Assembly (NCBI RefSeq): GCF_006345805.1
Contig: NC_043009.1
Coordinates: 18,600,001 to 18,664,000 of the forward strand
Source: Octopus sinensis
Taxonomy: Eukaryota
Reading direction: 5' to 3'
DNA length: 64,000 nucleotides
Shown: piece after piece, positions 37,165 to 49,439 of the stretch
Layout: every line of letters starts with the position of its first letter
Numbering within the stretch: position 1 is the first letter of the stretch
Translations under genes and position numbers: made by a program
The notes under the pieces: model-generated
Told to the model about the DNA's origin: nothing
Database searches by the model: none
Seen by the model: the letters and a program-made list of their open reading frames with translations, nothing else

Positions 37165-37740
37165 CAGCCGAAGACGAGCGACTGCGCGCGCAAGGTAATA
37201 ACAGTATATTTGAAAGGATGGTTGTAGTTATGAGAGGTGATTTCAGACAAGTACTGCACAGTTTGCCAAAAGAAATACGAGAAGCAATCATCGAAAATTG
37301 TGTTAAGAAATCTCCTACATGAGAATATTTTGAAGTGTAAGCTAAACCAGAATGTGAGAGTGACAGAAGATAAAGGAGATTTTGTCCCTTGGTGACTGCA
37401 TCTTAGCAAAGGAGTTACTGGCCAAATTAATGAACCTTCTGCATCAGCTAATGTCATTGAAGTCCTTTAGATTTCATAAGTTGAGCGTTCCTTGATTGAA
37501 AATATGTTTGACAGTAAATTTCATAAAGAGAAGGAAGCCGTGCAATACCTTTACCATAGAGTTCTGAGTACTTATCAATTAATGAAAACGTATTCAATAC
37601 ACTTCCACGACAAATTCCTATTTATTACTGCACAGGCAAGTACTTGCTGACGACCCTGAAGAAGTGGAGCATTACTCAATTGAATTACTTCATTCATTGA
37701 CGTCCTTAGAAATACTGCCTCGTATATTAGATTTCAAAGT
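37165..37740 (+). mobile_element. Helitron PIF1 helicase relic
   Basis: FERMVVVMRGDFRQVL..IIENCVKKSPT and EHYSIELLHSLT..LP..L.FK. A Helitron-like 5' end in the opposite orientation lies at about 36960-37165. Confidence 0.7.
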
Positions 37741-38420
37741 AGACCCAATAAGAATGCTTTTGCGAAACCTTTTAATTCAAGACGAATTATGTCATGCAGC
37801 ACGGCTCGAATAGCGATGCATCGAAATTCTATCAGAACTTCCTCAATAACATTTTGAACATAACCCTGTAAGCCATTAACACAGATCTTATGGTGAAAAT
37901 ATTTATAATATTCATCTAATTTTTCAACTGCTTTCCATAGGACAACTTCATCAATGCTACAAGAATCTAGGCTAACAATATTTACCAATTTATGAATTCT
38001 GTTAGTTTCTTGGGCATTATTTCTTGATTTTATAGCACCACCCATCAGTTGCAATTTCATATTTCTTATTTCTGCATCCAGTAGTTTTTGGCGAGGAACG
38101 CTTATATACTTCTGAATTTTAACAAAATCAATGGAAAAGTTGCTTCATCTGTTTTCTTTTCATGGGAAAATAGATGAAACTTTTCTACGTATATTCATTT
38201 CGAACATCTTCATTAACATTTTCATGATTTTTTCAGCTCGATGTAGATTTAAATTTCTTGTCTGAAGAGTATTTGATAGTAAAGAAAATTCTTCAAGCAC
38301 ATCTATCAGAGTGGCTACATTTTCTAGGAAAGATTTATGGAAAAGACGGTTAGCTACTTCTGTATATTTCTTATCGGGAGAAACTATTCCGGCAATGCTG
38401 GATAAGCTACCATACTGCAA
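37740..38420 (-). mobile_element. hAT transposase relic (KIAA1586-like)
   Basis: SFLENVATLIDVLEEFSLLSNTLQTRNLNLHRAEK resembles the hAT F...LA...D.L.ELS.LS..LQ helix. Confidence 0.55.
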
Positions 38421-39404
38421 CTGCTAATTTAAGGCTATAAGCAACCCGCCCAGATCTTAAAACTATCAATTGTTAGGAATCCTAATGCAAATTGTCATAA
38501 AATTTTATTTTAAAGAGATTTACTTGTAATTTTTGACGCCGAATCTGAATTTTGTTCCAGAAAAATTTTAGAAAAATATTAGAGAAGCTTAAAGTTTGAT
38601 CGTTTTTACACAATCAGTAAACAAGATTTGGAAGCTGGTATTTTGTGCGTAATGTCTGATTAGCACAACATTACGACAACAAACTTTTGAAGTTTTAATA
38701 AGTTTAAATGAATAAAGTCATGTGAAACATTAGAACAGGCAATATAAAAAGGAAAAAATCCACAATGAAATTTTGGGGGGCGAAAAATTACAAAGAAAAG
38801 AAATTGTGCGTTAAATTAAAAAAAAAAAAAAAATTGTACGTTATACTACTGTAGTTTAGTTCACGTAAACAATTGATACATTTTTTTTTTTGTCGCGAAA
38901 ATTCAAAAACGAAAGTTCGAGATATACTTTAGGAGCTTCTCAAACAAATTACAATTTCGTATCTCCTGTGCCACATAAACTCGCATAGGACGGTGGATCC
39001 CACAACGGTGTTCATTCCCTCGTTTTACACCGACCCAGGTGCTTTCCACTCGTACTATCTTTGGAGTTAATAAACTCAACGCTGTGGTTCACCAATTTCA
39101 GGAATGTGAGAATAGGCCCTCCACAAGGCCCTAAAATTTTGGTTTCTGGAAGATCGACTGGCATTTGCATTCCTCTAGTGTGTCGCGATTCTGATATGGC
39201 ACCAAATTTGAAAAGAACTGAAGCAAAATTTTTTAAATTAAAAGCTGTGACAGCAACAGAAAAGAGCCTATTTTATGATTAATAATTTCTAATGTTGTTT
39301 TTAATTACACACTTCTAAGGTACTTAAATATTTTCTCTTAAAATATTTACTGAATTATATGCATTTAAAATAAATATTTTCTAATAGTTATATTTTAGCT
39401 AATC

Positions 39405-39758
39405 CGGCGGGCTGGTAGAATGCTTAGCGGCATTCCACCCTTCTGAGTTCAAATTACGACGAGGTCAACTTTGCCATTCATCCTTTCGAAGTCAATAAAA
39501 TAAGTACCAGTGGAGCACAGAGGTCGATGTAATCGACTTACCCCGCCCTCCCGAAATTGCTGGCCCTATGCCAAAGATTGAAATCAATTATTTATCTTTT
39601 ACTTATTTCAGTCATTAGATGGCAGCCATACTGGTGCACTGCCTTCAAGAATTTTAGTCGAACGAATCAACCCGTAATTATATTTTACACCTGGTACTTA
39701 TTCTATCGGTTCTTTTGCCGAACATTAATTGTCGAGAGGTGGTAGGTGACAAACACCC

Positions 39759-39818
<60 letters not shown>

Positions 39819-39975
39819 CAATCATATATATATATATATATATACATGGGCTTCTTTCAGTTTCCGTCTACTCACAAAGCTGTGGTTGATTCAAGGCAAT
39901 AGTAGAAGTGGGAATGGACCCAGAACCATATGGTTGGGAAGCAAACTTCTTACCGCACAGTCACGCCAGCACCTA
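39405..39975. mobile_element. tail-to-tail SINE B (+, 39405-39590) and SINE A (-, 39595-39975)
   Basis: Homology to other copies in the window. Confidence 0.8.
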
Positions 39976-40492
39976 ATGACTGTAATTAATTTTTTATAAG
40001 TTACCTAAAGAGATTTATTTTAATTTTATTTCTTTATTTATTTCAGTATTTCAAGTAAATTAAGGACCGGTTCTGTAAATATGTGGGGTTTTATTTATTG
40101 GTTTGCGCGAACCACAGCGAACCGCTTCAATCGCAACTCTGATAATATATTCTCTCGATCCAAAATAGTTTTCAACCTAAACGAATTACTTCTCGTTCTC
40201 TTGAAGTTTCTATATTTATATAACGTAAACAATATACAATTCTCAGTGGTAACAATAAAGCTGCTAAAATGGATACAGAATTTCGAAGGATTACTTTGTA
40301 CCAATGGTAGAACGACTATCATGTTTACAGATGTAGGCTCAAATCCCACTGGCAGCCTTCAACTGTTTCTAATCAAAAAGGGCTTTTAGCCCAGTGTTTA
40401 CATGCTGTTATTTACAGTTATATCTACTTCGAGTTCTACAGATAAGAACTAATTTTGTGTGTGTGTGTGTGTGTGTGTGCGCGTGCGTGTGC

Positions 40493-40555
<63 letters not shown>

Positions 40556-41256
40556 CGTGCGTGTGTGTGTGTAAGAGAGAAACGAAAATGAGCTAAGAAA
40601 AATAACTGCATTATTGCATGAATTATTGAACAATAAAAGCGAATAAGGGGATATTAAATACCATACATGATAGCTCGATGGTTTATTGAAATTATCTTTG
40701 TTTCCAGAGAGGTTAAGACTTGAGGAGGGGAATCTGCTGCCTTCTGAATGCTACCAGATTACGTCGGCAAAATATCTTGTTTCTATTAATATTTTAGCAG
40801 TTAGACCTAAAATGAACACACTTAAAATAAACATGAAATACTAGGTGAGTAAGAGTGGATTAATGATGTCATTTTTCTCGGCTTGACATTTAATAAGCTT
40901 ATTACTTAGCTCCAAATGCAACTCTAGAATATGTTGGCGTGCATTAACTCCCCCGCCTTACTGGTTCCCCTCTAAATGACTCAAATGATTTGAATGATGG
41001 ATGTTATTTTACAATTATAATGGCTACTTTATTAAACACCCGAAATTGGCAGAAAAATAAGTAATGACATCAAAAAGTAATAAATGAAAACATTAATAGA
41101 GCAAATAGCACCCTGTAGTAACCGGGCTACTAATCCGGTATTATAGTGTTTCGTCAACTTCTGACAGGGATGTATGTGACTTTCTCTTAAAAGTGACAAT
41201 AGTTTACACAGCATCATCGCAGACTCGCATTTGTTTGATTGTTTAAGGAAACAATT

Positions 41257-41825
41257 ATGTCAGAAAAAGACCAATAGAAGGTTGCAGGATGAAAACAGGG
41301 GTTTTAATTGGGATTAGGAGCTGTGGTATTACTTTGTGCTTTCGCAAGATAAGATGATTTGTTAGCTTTGTGATATTGTGATAACGACATTAACGGAGGT
41401 TAACGCTCATCAGCACTGTACGACTCATGAAAATAATAAATATTTTAAATAAGAGGGAGAGGCACGAAAGGTTGCACAGCAAAAATGAAAAAATGTAAAA
41501 CAAAAGCAAAGACAGCTATTTCAGTCTGTAGCGAAATCTGCAAGTAATGTCACAGAAGTAACTGATAAAGTTGCTTATTTAGTGGGGGGAGGGGGAGATA
41601 AGCCTTTCAGCGATGTGGAAATTGTGAAAGAGTGTGTTGTTAAAGCTGCAGGATACTTAGACCCCGATAAGGTCTCGAAATGACATCTTTCAAGGAGAAC
41701 CATAACTGATTGGGGGCGTGAATTTAGCCCTCAGTGCAAGAGAACAACTTCACACTATACTTCAAAAGGAAAATCTATATAATTCAATCGTTTTGGATGA
41801 CTCAACTGATACTACTAACATGGCG
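41257..41825 (+). mobile_element. hAT (Charlie/GTF2IRD2-like) transposase N-terminal relic
   Basis: RRLQDENRGF..W.YFV..KMIC*LC..NAHQH (BED-like finger), KPFSDVEIVKECV, SRRTITD, LDDSTDTTNMA. Confidence 0.75.
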
Positions 41826-43707
41826 CGAGTTTTATACGCGTCAAAGAAGAGCTGTGAAAATAAACTTGCTCCCTGCTGAAGATCCAAACTCCATCGTGCA
41901 AACCCATCTCACTAAAGAAAATTGCAGGAAAGGCTTCCTTGAATAACTGACAGTGGGCTCCAGGAAAGAGGTATAAATTGGATGCGCTTTGCTGGTTTGG
42001 CAAGTAGTCTGTTTGAGTAATTTAAAGCATCCAATCGGCACGAACAGGCATGGTCATGTGACCACGTAGAAAACAGGCAAAATACACCAATTGCCAACCA
42101 TTTAAGACTAGATAGCTAAATAATAAGCATAGTATCCGCTACAGCTACCCTCCGGACAGAATAATGACTGCGAGGGAAAGATTCGAAAACAACAAGAAAA
42201 ACTGTAGCAAGGGGGAAAAAGGCATACAACAAATGGACAGAACAAAAATATATAAAAAGGACATGCAACGAGAGAGACAAAAGCATGAGCAAAACAGCGT
42301 GCAATAAAAACGCACAATACATTAACTGCTATGAAAAATAGCCAAAAGTTTGTAAATACAGTTGAAAACTGTTGTAAAAAAGTTCTGACATTTCGAGGTG
42401 CAAATCTTTAGAAAGGTGTAAAAGAAAGTGAGTCCAACGATGTGAAAATGTGAAAAATTCATGATCTGTCCACGAAATGCTGTAAGAGCTAGTACAAAAA
42501 TGATCGTGAGTAAGCTAGACTTGGGATGGTGGAAACGGTGGTCAGCAATAAACACTGTGACAAAGAAGGATGTTGAAATCCGCTGGTTGACGTAGTTGCT
42601 GCGAAAAAGGATGTTGAATGGCGGTAAAAATGGGATGTGAAGTTCCCAAGATGTAGGCGAGTTGAAATAAAAATCGTTGCATACGGAGGAAAAAAAATCT
42701 GCTGGCATCGATGGTGAAGAGATGCTGGAATCCAAAATGCCGAAGGACGAGCGCTCGTGAAATTCGAATGGCGCGAGTAGAGAGGCGATGTTGTGTTAAG
42801 ATGACAAATGAAGATCCCAAAAGTGGCGGTAGCAGCCATGACAGGACGTCGAGCTGAACATTGTTGCAAAGCTGAAGTATCATAGAGAAAGCGTTGCCTC
42901 AAGATGAATGTGAGCGAAAAAGGCGGCAAACTGCCGAATCCGAGTTAGAGATTTTAACTTCTTGTAATCTCTGACAAACGGAGCTGAAGAACAGTGACCA
43001 AGAATGAAATGAAAAAGTGCCGAGCAAGTGAAAAAAAAAAAATCAAAGTTTCTCCATTCTCCGGCCGTGAGAAACAGGAAAATGACTTTTCATGCAGAAG
43101 CAAAAATTCACAATACCAGTTGTAACCAAGGAGTGGCCAAATTGAAACGTGGCAGCGCGAACAGCAGATAAAAAGAAGAATGAACTTGGCACGGCAGTGG
43201 ATCAAAACGAAGAAATACTGTACAAAAGAAGGCACCAAAACAGTTGCGTACTTAGTTGAGAAATACTGTCGAGCTATTTAGAGTAAGCAGACGACACTGT
43301 AGAGGCATGAAAATGTGGTAGGAGTGGTCAGAGTCTGAAAGTAAAACGACGTCACGCAAGCAGACATGAATATAGAAAATGGCTTTAAAACTTTAACCAT
43401 GAAGTTTCCCGAGTAGAAACATCTCTAGAAGAACTGTAGAGTAGAGGTTCGACAAGTAATTCAGAGATGTAGAGAATTTTGCCGGTAAAAAATATTTATC
43501 TTCCACGTAGAAACAATAAGGTGGTAGCAAAATGAAATTAATTCGTCGCTTGAAACAGTAAATCATGTCAGGATCGCCAGTTTTAAAGGTTGATGGTTGA
43601 GTTGACAAATAATGCTGGCTTGAGTAAGGCTGCGTGTATAGATAAAGGAAGACGAGGAAACTAGGATTAAGTGCGACGATTTATTTTGTTTTTGCCGTAT
43701 AAACACT

Positions 43708-43758
<51 letters not shown>

Positions 43759-45256
43759 TTGGCTCCGCAAAGTTTTCGACTACCAAATTCACTGCCAATG
43801 CTTTGGTTGGCCTGGGGCTATACTAGAAATCACTTGCACTAGGTATCGCACAAACGAACTTCTCCCGAAACTACGTGGTCACAAAGCAAGCACATACACA
43901 TGTGTGTGTATGTATGTGTGTGTGTGTTGGTGCAAACAGGAATCGTAGAACTCAAAATGTTTATGCGTTTATTTTATTAATATTTAGCAGAAATAACAGA
44001 CTTAAGGGTCGAAAGTATCGTGCGAACGCACAAAACTCTCGGACCCTGAGTTTGTTACTGATATATGTGTGTTTGTGTGTGTGTACATATATACATACAT
44101 ACAAACATAATAACACTCGCATTCGTGCGCGCATGTAAACAATGAGCATATGTCAAATTGTGAGGAAGAAAGCAACAGTGTTACCAACAGACGAAAATAT
44201 TCTAGCGGAATTACAAAATAGTAAAGGGAAAGCAGGCTGTCTAATTATAGCTGGCGAAGTATGCAAGTATATAGACGTAGTTACTGAGGTACAAAATAAA
44301 TACTTTGAATTAATATCTTAAATAAAAGACCTTATAAAATTGGTTTGAATTTATTTGAAATATTTGGCTCTATAAACCTAATCATTACTTTTTGCTTGAA
44401 ACTTTATAAGAAATTAATCTAGCTTGCTGCATGATTACAGAATGTTAATAACTTATCTCAGACATATTTTTTGCTAGATGTTTAGTAGTTTATATACGAC
44501 TGCTGGCGTATTCATTATACAGAGGTCCGCTTCTGCTGAGCACTTACTCAGGTCCTATGACCTTCATACTTGCGTATCCATCCGATGGCTTGCTAAAGTC
44601 TCTAGTAATACATGGGATGTACACACGAAATCAGCTCAGTAGTCAAATTTGACTTCTTTTTCACTATTACATGCACTCACGCAGTTACAACAAATGTATC
44701 TCATATGTGATATTCAATTTTACGGGATGGGTTTACCGATATATTTTACTTTAGAACCCTTTGAGAATGCTGACCAAAATCAAACTTTGGGGTTGTCCAA
44801 AAGTTTTGTTTTGTGTAGTTAAAAGATCACAGAAAACTACAATCCAAAGAAGCGAATATGAATCTGTTGCAGTGAGTTTTCACAACAGATGAGTGGTCAG
44901 AATGGGACATGTGTGCCATAAATACTTTCAAGTGACAACAAAACGCCAATGTTAGTCATAGACAAACGTCAATTTCAATTGAAATACCTTTCTTTATTGG
45001 AGATATCTTGATGCTGGTAAATCATTAGTGGAGGACATATGCATTATATTTAGTCACGGAAAACACTTTGGATTACATAAAACGGTTGAAAATTCTTACT
45101 TGCAATATATTCTTAGATCGTGACATTAAAAAATGAAGCAACAGTTTTTACATTTCAATGTGTAACTACGTTTATAAGAGATGCATGGTTAGACGGGAAA
45201 TGCTCATGTGTTAGTGTTAGGAATCTGATACAAATAATTGAATAGGCCGAATAATC

Positions 45257-45293
<37 letters not shown>

Positions 45294-45294
<1 letters not shown>

Positions 45295-45755
45295 GCCCAG
45301 ATGCATTACCAGGCATTAGCTCTCATGATTTCTGAACTTAACCGATTGGAAGTGTTTTGTTTCAGTATAAAAGATGGGCAAGAGAAAATATTCTGTTTAA
45401 TACTAGCTGAGCATGTTCCTTAGTAGCTGAGGATATGTACATCTCTGATTACGAGCAGGAGTAGTGGTGGAGTATCAAAGCCATGTTGAGAGGAATTCTT
45501 TGGGGTTCGTCATCCTTAAATAAACTTTATTCAGGCACCTTTTGTGTGCAATGGGCTACTCGACCAGAAGAAAATTCTCACTGGACCCCACCTGCAAAGA
45601 CATGCGCTGTTTATCTTGATAGGAGATCACCATGTTTCGTACATATGGTTGTGGAGTGCCCTTATCAGACAGGTAGTCATGATGGGTATATAGAGCCTCG
45701 TATATTTGTATCCTAGTGTCACTTTGTTGGCATGCACTGCTCTCGCTCACTTAAA

Positions 45756-45823
<68 letters not shown>

Positions 45824-45940
45824 TAATAATAATAATAATAATAGGTGTACCCTTATCAGACGGGTAGTCATGATGGGTATACTGGGCTTCGTATATTTTA
45901 CCCCAATATCACTTTGATGGCATGCACTGCTCTCTCACTC
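45294..45940. mobile_element. repeat D with a tandem duplication of its terminal 100 bp, (AAT)n on both sides
   Basis: Homolog of 31860-32358. 45844-45940 repeats about 45655-45752. Confidence 0.78.
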
Positions 45941-45973
<33 letters not shown>

Positions 45974-45974
45974 C

Positions 45975-48020
45975 TATTTTTATGGATGATATAAAGTTTT
46001 ATGCGTAAAATGAGAAACAACTTGAAAGTCTTGTGCATACTATCTGCTTTTTCTCAAATGACGTAGGTATAGAATTTGGGATAGAAAAGTGCGCTATTTT
46101 GAAAATGAAATGAGAAAGATTTGAAAGAAGCCAGGGAATTGAAATGCCAAATGGGCAAACAGTGAGAGCGGTTGAGAAAGGGAAGTGGTGTAAGTAGATG
46201 GGAATACTGGAAGCAGACGAAATGAAACAAATTACCAGTAGGGAATACAGAAGGTGAGTGAGAAAATTATCGCAGTCAAAGCTGAATTCAAATACTGAAG
46301 CAATAAATTCAAGAGCTGCACCCTTAATCAAATATGGAGTTGGAATTATAGATTGGACCAACAACGATATAAAGTAGGAAAATAAAACTAAGAAATACGT
46401 GGAAATTTTACCGGTGAGTGTGTTACATTATAAGGCACAAAAAGAAAATGACTCTCCCCAGACACAAGAAGATATAGAGAAACTTGATAGAAAAACTAGA
46501 AAGTTGCTGACAATGTATGGAACCCACCACCCGAAAGCTGGTATCAACTGACCGTACTTGAGGAGAGATCATGTTGGAAGAGGCTTAATAGGAGTAGAAG
46601 AATGTGTACAGATGAAAAGAAAAAGCCTTGTAGAGTATTTACAGAGCAGCGCTGAAAAACTACTAAAGAGAGCGAATGAAGAACAGGTGATGAAGGAGAA
46701 AGGGACAAGAATGACATTGAAAGAGAGCACGTCCGATAGACTGAAAAGAAAAGGCTGATGGTCAGTTTTGGAAAGCCACTGAAGATGTATACTCTTTTAC
46801 TTGTTTCAGTCATTTGATTGTGGCCATGCTGGAGCACCGCCTTTAGTCGAGCAAATCGATCCCAGGACTTATTCTTTGTAAGCCTAGTACTTATTCTATC
46901 GGTCTCTTTTGCCAAACCGCTAAGTTACGGGGACGTAAACACACAACCCTCAGTTGTCAAGCGATGTTGGAGGGACAAACACAAACACACAAACACACAC
47001 AAAACACACACACACACACACACACGCACATACATATATATATATATACATATATACGACAAGCTTCTTTCAGTTTTCGTCTACCAAATCCACTCACAAA
47101 ACTTTGGTCGGCCCGAGGCTATAAAAGAAGACATTTGCCCATGTTGCCATGCAGTGGGGCTGAACCCGGACCATGTGATTCGTAAGCAAGCTACTTACCA
47201 CACAGCCACTCCTACGCCTAGGAGTGTATGTGGAACAAAATCCTGGGCTTGGTTTAAAAAAGGGGCAATTAAAAAAGAAACAGAGAGCCTAATTGTAGCA
47301 GCCCAAGATCAAGCGATGAAAACAAATGACTTGAGAAAAATATATATATGAAGAAAATGTGTCAAAAATGTAAAGCCTGTGGAAATTGGAACGAGACAGC
47401 AGTATACATTATAGCAGAATGCCCCAAGTTGACACAGGAACAGTATAAGAAATGGAGGTTTACAAGGTTGTAAAAGTTTTATACTCGAAACTTTGCCATA
47501 AATGGGAATTTGATGCTGGAAACACATGGTACTATCATCAAGTCGAAAGAGTACTGGAATCGGGAAAATGTAAGATTTGTGGGACTTTCCTATTCAAACG
47601 GACAAGCAGTTAGAAAATAATAGACCGGACATAACAATTATAGATAAGAAAAAGCGAAGCTGCTTGTTAATCGACCCATCATGTCTGATTCCAAGATCAA
47701 AAAAAGGACGAAAAACAACAACAACAAAGATAATACAATGCCTTGAAATTTGAAATAGAAAGAATTTGGAGTATGAGAACTGTCATGGTCGTACCTATAA
47801 TAATTGGTGCGTTGGGAACAGTAAACAAAGATATAGACAAATGGATGAAGGAGACTGGAATAGAATGCACTGTATTGTCTCTTAGGGACAGCAAGAATTA
47901 TCAGGAGGGTTCAAAGCACTTGAAAGACAACTGAAAACTTGTGGATACCTGAGGATACAGGTAGTAAACCCGCCACCCACATAAATCCTACCAGGAATAA
48001 GACCGAACCTGTGTCAAATC
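45975..48020 (+). mobile_element. Dong/R4-type LINE, 5'-truncated (RT domain 5 to REL), interrupted by SINE A
   Basis: FMDDIKFYA, IEFGIEKCA, AINSRAAP..YG.GIIDWT, LDRKTRKLLTMYG.HHPKA, WFKKG.IKKETESLIVAAQDQA, NRPDITI.DK, VVPIIIGALG. Confidence 0.9.
46790..47219 (-). mobile_element. SINE family A, full length
   Basis: Complete copy with an internal CA/TA tract. Confidence 0.9.
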
Positions 48021-48034
48021 AAATAACGATAATG

Positions 48035-48245
48035 GCTTTAAATTTTGCCACAAGGGCTGCAATTTTGGAGAGGGGGTGAGCCGATTACATCGACCCCAGT
48101 GTTCAACTGGTATTTACTTTATCGACCTCGAAAGGACGAAAGGTAAAGACGGCCTCGGCGGAATTAGAACTCAAAACATAGCGACGGACGAAACACTGCT
48201 AAGCAGTCTGTCCGGTGCACTAACGATTTTGCCAGCTCGCTGCCT
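48035..48245 (-). mobile_element. SINE family B
   Basis: Homology to 10760-10968. Confidence 0.85.
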
Positions 48246-48256
48246 TAATAATAATG

Positions 48257-48308
<52 letters not shown>

Positions 48309-48334
48309 TAATAATAATATAGACTTGCCCAAAA

Positions 48335-49355
48335 CCACTACAAGTTATGGTGACGCGATCAGATAACGAAAGTGCTACACTGGAAACTGTGCGAAAAGTT
48401 GGGGCTAGAGAGAGGCAAGACGTAGTGAGTGGTGGAGTCGGAGACTAGTAAAATCCTCTGGGATTTCCCAATCCAAACAGGTCGGGTGCTAGAGCATTAC
48501 AGACTGGACCTAGTGGTGGAGAAGTTCAGGACTAAAAGCAGACACTGAAGTTTTCATATTGGCAGCACAGGATCAAAGCTTGCTTGCCCAAAACTACCAG
48601 GCTAACGTTCTTCAAAACGGTTCTGACCCTAAATGCAGATTCTGCGACACATTTGACGAAACAGTAGACCATCTCGTCTCGGGATGTCCTGTGCTGACAC
48701 CAAACGAATACAAGAATCGTCACGATAAGGTAGGACAGTATTTACATTGGAAAATATGTAAAACACTACAAAATCAGCACTCATCTTGAGCCAGTCGTTG
48801 AAGGTAAAAATGACAGTATCCTCTGGGATTTTCCAGTCAACACTGACAGAACGATCCAGGCTAATCAACTAGGAATAGTTATTAAAGACAGAGAATCCAA
48901 TATTTGTAGATGAATTGAGGTAAGTGTTCCCGCTGATATAAATACATCTGAAAAGTAATTTGACAAATTAAGTAAATATAAGGACCTGGAAATTTAAATA
49001 CAAAAGATGTAGCATCTCAAAGCGATAAGTGTTCCTGTTATTGTAGGTGTCCCAGGTATGACAAAAGAAAAGGTATATCAGAAACAACTAGATAAGATCC
49101 CAGGACCCAAGAGAACCATGTCTCAGAGAAATCCAAAAGATTGTGCTGACAAGTACTGCCCACATCCTTAGAGAAACTCTATCCATTTAAATGTCTGTTT
49201 TGTATTACATGGTGATATTTCGCTACTGCCCCTGCCACTTGCCCTCCCCAAGCTTTCAACCATACTGTAACCTCGATTATCCTTCACTCACCCTAAGATG
49301 CTGGGTGAGTTTCGGTAAGCGATTATAACAAAGGGGCAGCTTAAAAGTAAATATC
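48335..49355 (+). mobile_element. Dong/R4-type LINE 3' fragments between (AAT)n arrays
   Basis: LAAQDQSL..DPKCRFC..DETVDHLVSGC..YKNRHDKVG.YLHW, ILWDFP..TDR, KLSKYKDLE, IQKIVLTSTAHILR. Confidence 0.88.
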
Positions 49356-49412
<57 letters not shown>

Positions 49413-49439
49413 TATAATGTTTCAAAAGGATTGACGTAA

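Noticed and set aside
40081-40389. Overlapping ORFs on both strands as a host exon
   Set aside because: No recognisable domain and no convincing splice pair.
44548-44600. Minus-strand micro-exon ending at GTAAGTG (44547)
   Set aside because: Good donor but no credible acceptor or domain match.
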